From the NCBI GenBank assembly GCA_045536565.1, contig JAZSNU010000010.1, forward strand, positions 1-59,415: 59,415 bases of DNA, read 5' to 3'. Both the position numbers and the translations under genes were made by a program. The notes under the pieces are model-generated. The model was not told where the DNA came from, ran no database searches, and saw only the letters and a program-made list of their open reading frames with translations. Source of the stretch: Clostridia bacterium (lineage in GTDB: Bacteria; Bacillota; Clostridia; TANB77; CAG-465). Shown here in pieces: positions 57,806-59,415 of the stretch (within the stretch, counting starts at the first letter, position 1; every line of letters begins with the position of its first letter).

Positions 57806-58957
57806 ATGAGTAAGAGAGATTACTACGAGGTATTAGGAGTTTCCAAAAATGCTACTCCTGAAGAAATAAAAAAAGCATATAGAAGAAAAGCGAAAGAATT
57901 TCATCCAGATGCCTATACTGGTGATGACAAAAAAGCAGCGGAAGAAAAATTTAAAGAGGCTAGTGAAGCATACAGTGTTTTATCTGATGAAACAAAAAAA
58001 GCACAGTATGACAGATTTGGACACGGCTTTGAAAATGCTGGTTTTGGAGGAGCAGGAGCATCAGGATTTGATTTTTCTGGGTTTTCATCTTCTGGTATGG
58101 GATTTGATATAGATTTAGATGACATATTAGGAAGTGTATTTGGAGGTTCTTTTGGTGGATTTGGAGCAGGCAGAAAGAAAAAAGGTCCAACCAAGGGTGC
58201 TGATTTAAGATATAACATGAAACTTACTTTTGAAGAAGCAGTTTTTGGTTGCACAAAAGAAATTACTATTACAAGAAATGAAACATGCTCTGACTGTCAC
58301 GGAACTGGTGGGAAAAAAGGTACATCAGAGGTTACATGCCCTGATTGTCATGGAACTGGTAGAATTCAAGTTACTCAAAACACAATAATGGGTTCTTTTG
58401 CTACTGTAAAAACATGTGATAGATGTTCAGGAGAAGGTAAATACAATCCTACACCTTGTGAAAGTTGTTCTGGGGCAGGTACAGTTCGTAAAACTAGAAA
58501 AATAGAAATAAATATACCACGAGGAATCGATAATGGTCAGGCTATTTCTCTATCTGGCGAAGGCGATGCTGGCAAAAAAGGTGGGCTTCCAGGAGATCTA
58601 TTTGTAGTTGTTACAGTAATACCTCATAAAATCTTTAAAAGGCGCGGAAGCGATGTATATTTAGATGTAGATATTTCTTTTGTAAAAGCAACATTAGGTG
58701 GAACGATTAAAGTACCAACCCTAGAAGGAGAGTATGAATTTAATATACCAGAAGGAACGCAGCCTGGAAGTACTTTTAAAATAAAAAATAAAGGTGTTCC
58801 TAATATGAGAAACAATTCAAGAGGAGATTTAGAATTTAAAGTTAATATAGAAATACCTAAAAAACTAAATGATAAACAGAGAGAGGCTTTAAAAATTTTT
58901 GCGGAGCTATCTAACGAAGAAGTTTCTAAAAAGAAAAATTTTTGGGAGAAAAAATAA
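57806..58957 (+). CDS. dnaJ: Hsp40 co-chaperone
   Basis: J-domain HPD, G/F-rich linker, four CxxCxGxG repeats. Confidence 0.97.
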   Translation: MSKRDYYEVLGVSKNATPEEIKKAYRRKAKEFHPDAYTGDDKKAAEEKFKEASEAYSVLSDETKKAQYDRFGHGFENAGFGGAGASGFDFSGFSSSGMGFDIDLDDILGSVFGGSFGGFGAGRKKKGPTKGADLRYNMKLTFEEAVFGCTKEITITRNETCSDCHGTGGKKGTSEVTCPDCHGTGRIQVTQNTIMGSFATVKTCDRCSGEGKYNPTPCESCSGAGTVRKTRKIEINIPRGIDNGQAISLSGEGDAGKKGGLPGDLFVVVTVIPHKIFKRRGSDVYLDVDISFVKATLGGTIKVPTLEGEYEFNIPEGTQPGSTFKIKNKGVPNMRNNSRGDLEFKVNIEIPKKLNDKQREALKIFAELSNEEVSKKKNFWEKK

Positions 58958-59415
58958 TGGCAAAAAGATTTTTTGTTGATAAAAAGGACATCCAAATTAA
59001 TGATGATAACATTTATATAAGTGGTGAAGAAGTACATCATATTAATGTTTTGCGTCATAAGATCGGAGATAAAATTAGAATTAATGAGTTTTTAGTAGAA
59101 ATTAGTGCTATTAACCAAGATCAAATTACTGGAATAATAAAAGAAACGGAAAATAATGAAACAAATACAAATGTATCTATTACATTGTATCAAGCATATA
59201 TAAAATCAGACAAAATGGAATTTGTTGTGCAAAAAGCAGTAGAACTTGGCGTAAATAAAATTGTTCCATTTCTATCTAAAAATTGTGTTGTTAAATTAGA
59301 TAATAAAGATAAGTTAAAGAAAGCACAGAGATTAAATAAAATATCTATTGAAGCATCAAAGCAATGTAATAGAAGTGATATTGTAAAAGTTGAAGATATT
59401 ATTGATATAAAAGAT
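58957..59415 (+). CDS. rsmE: 16S rRNA m3U1498 methyltransferase (3' truncated by window; absent from ORF track)
   Basis: TAATG overlap with dnaJ; translates MAKRFFV..HHINVLR..K.DKMEFVVQKAVELGV..EASKQC.R. Confidence 0.9.
   Translation, partial: MAKRFFVDKKDIQINDDNIYISGEEVHHINVLRHKIGDKIRINEFLVEISAINQDQITGIIKETENNETNTNVSITLYQAYIKSDKMEFVVQKAVELGVNKIVPFLSKNCVVKLDNKDKLKKAQRLNKISIEASKQCNRSDIVKVEDIIDIKD

Noticed and set aside
1290-59058. Numerous minus-strand and alternate-frame ORFs in the ORF track (e.g. 3923-4417, 17399-17821, 24341-24853, 36452-36925, 58624-59058)
   Set aside because: They overlap well-supported genes, show S/F/I/L-rich antisense-shadow composition and lack recognisable motifs
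1-59415. CRISPR array, IS element, integrase, prophage or retroelement
   Set aside because: No regularly spaced repeats and no transposase, recombinase, reverse transcriptase or phage structural genes recognised

Overview
AT-rich chromosomal segment from a Clostridia-like Bacillota genome; nearly all genes are on the + strand. 1-15.1 kb is a cell-envelope glycosylation locus: two GtrA/GtrB/GtrII-type modules, a PssD/PssE pair, a DUF6056-like protein, and a CDP-3,6-dideoxy/branched-sugar pathway (rfbFGH, a TPP-dependent YerE-like enzyme and an SDR). The rest is mostly housekeeping: metK, tsaD, an LTA-synthase-family gene, dnaG-rpoD, tRNA-Ile2 and tRNA-Tyr, a class B sortase with two NPNTS-motif surface proteins, mfd-prsA-trmH-alr, pnp, pyrG, dinB with an SOS box, rsmI, rnhB and the CIRCE-hrcA-grpE-dnaK-dnaJ-rsmE operon. 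Main signals not shown by the ORF track: (1) a ~563-nt OLE-type ncRNA plus oapA with its own promoter, between alr and pnp rather than in the usual ispA-dxs context; (2) a CTP synthase whose glutaminase nucleophile Cys is Ala and whose other Gln-site residues are also changed, preceded by a structured leader, a 24-codon sORF and a terminator; (3) a candidate ~150-nt minus-strand sRNA carrying a 12-nt anti-Shine-Dalgarno, opposite a 10-aa sORF; (4) a long RNase III-type hairpin in the pnp leader; (5) a single-gene cassette bracketed by a duplicated palindrome. All family calls come from motif recognition by eye; no searches were run.
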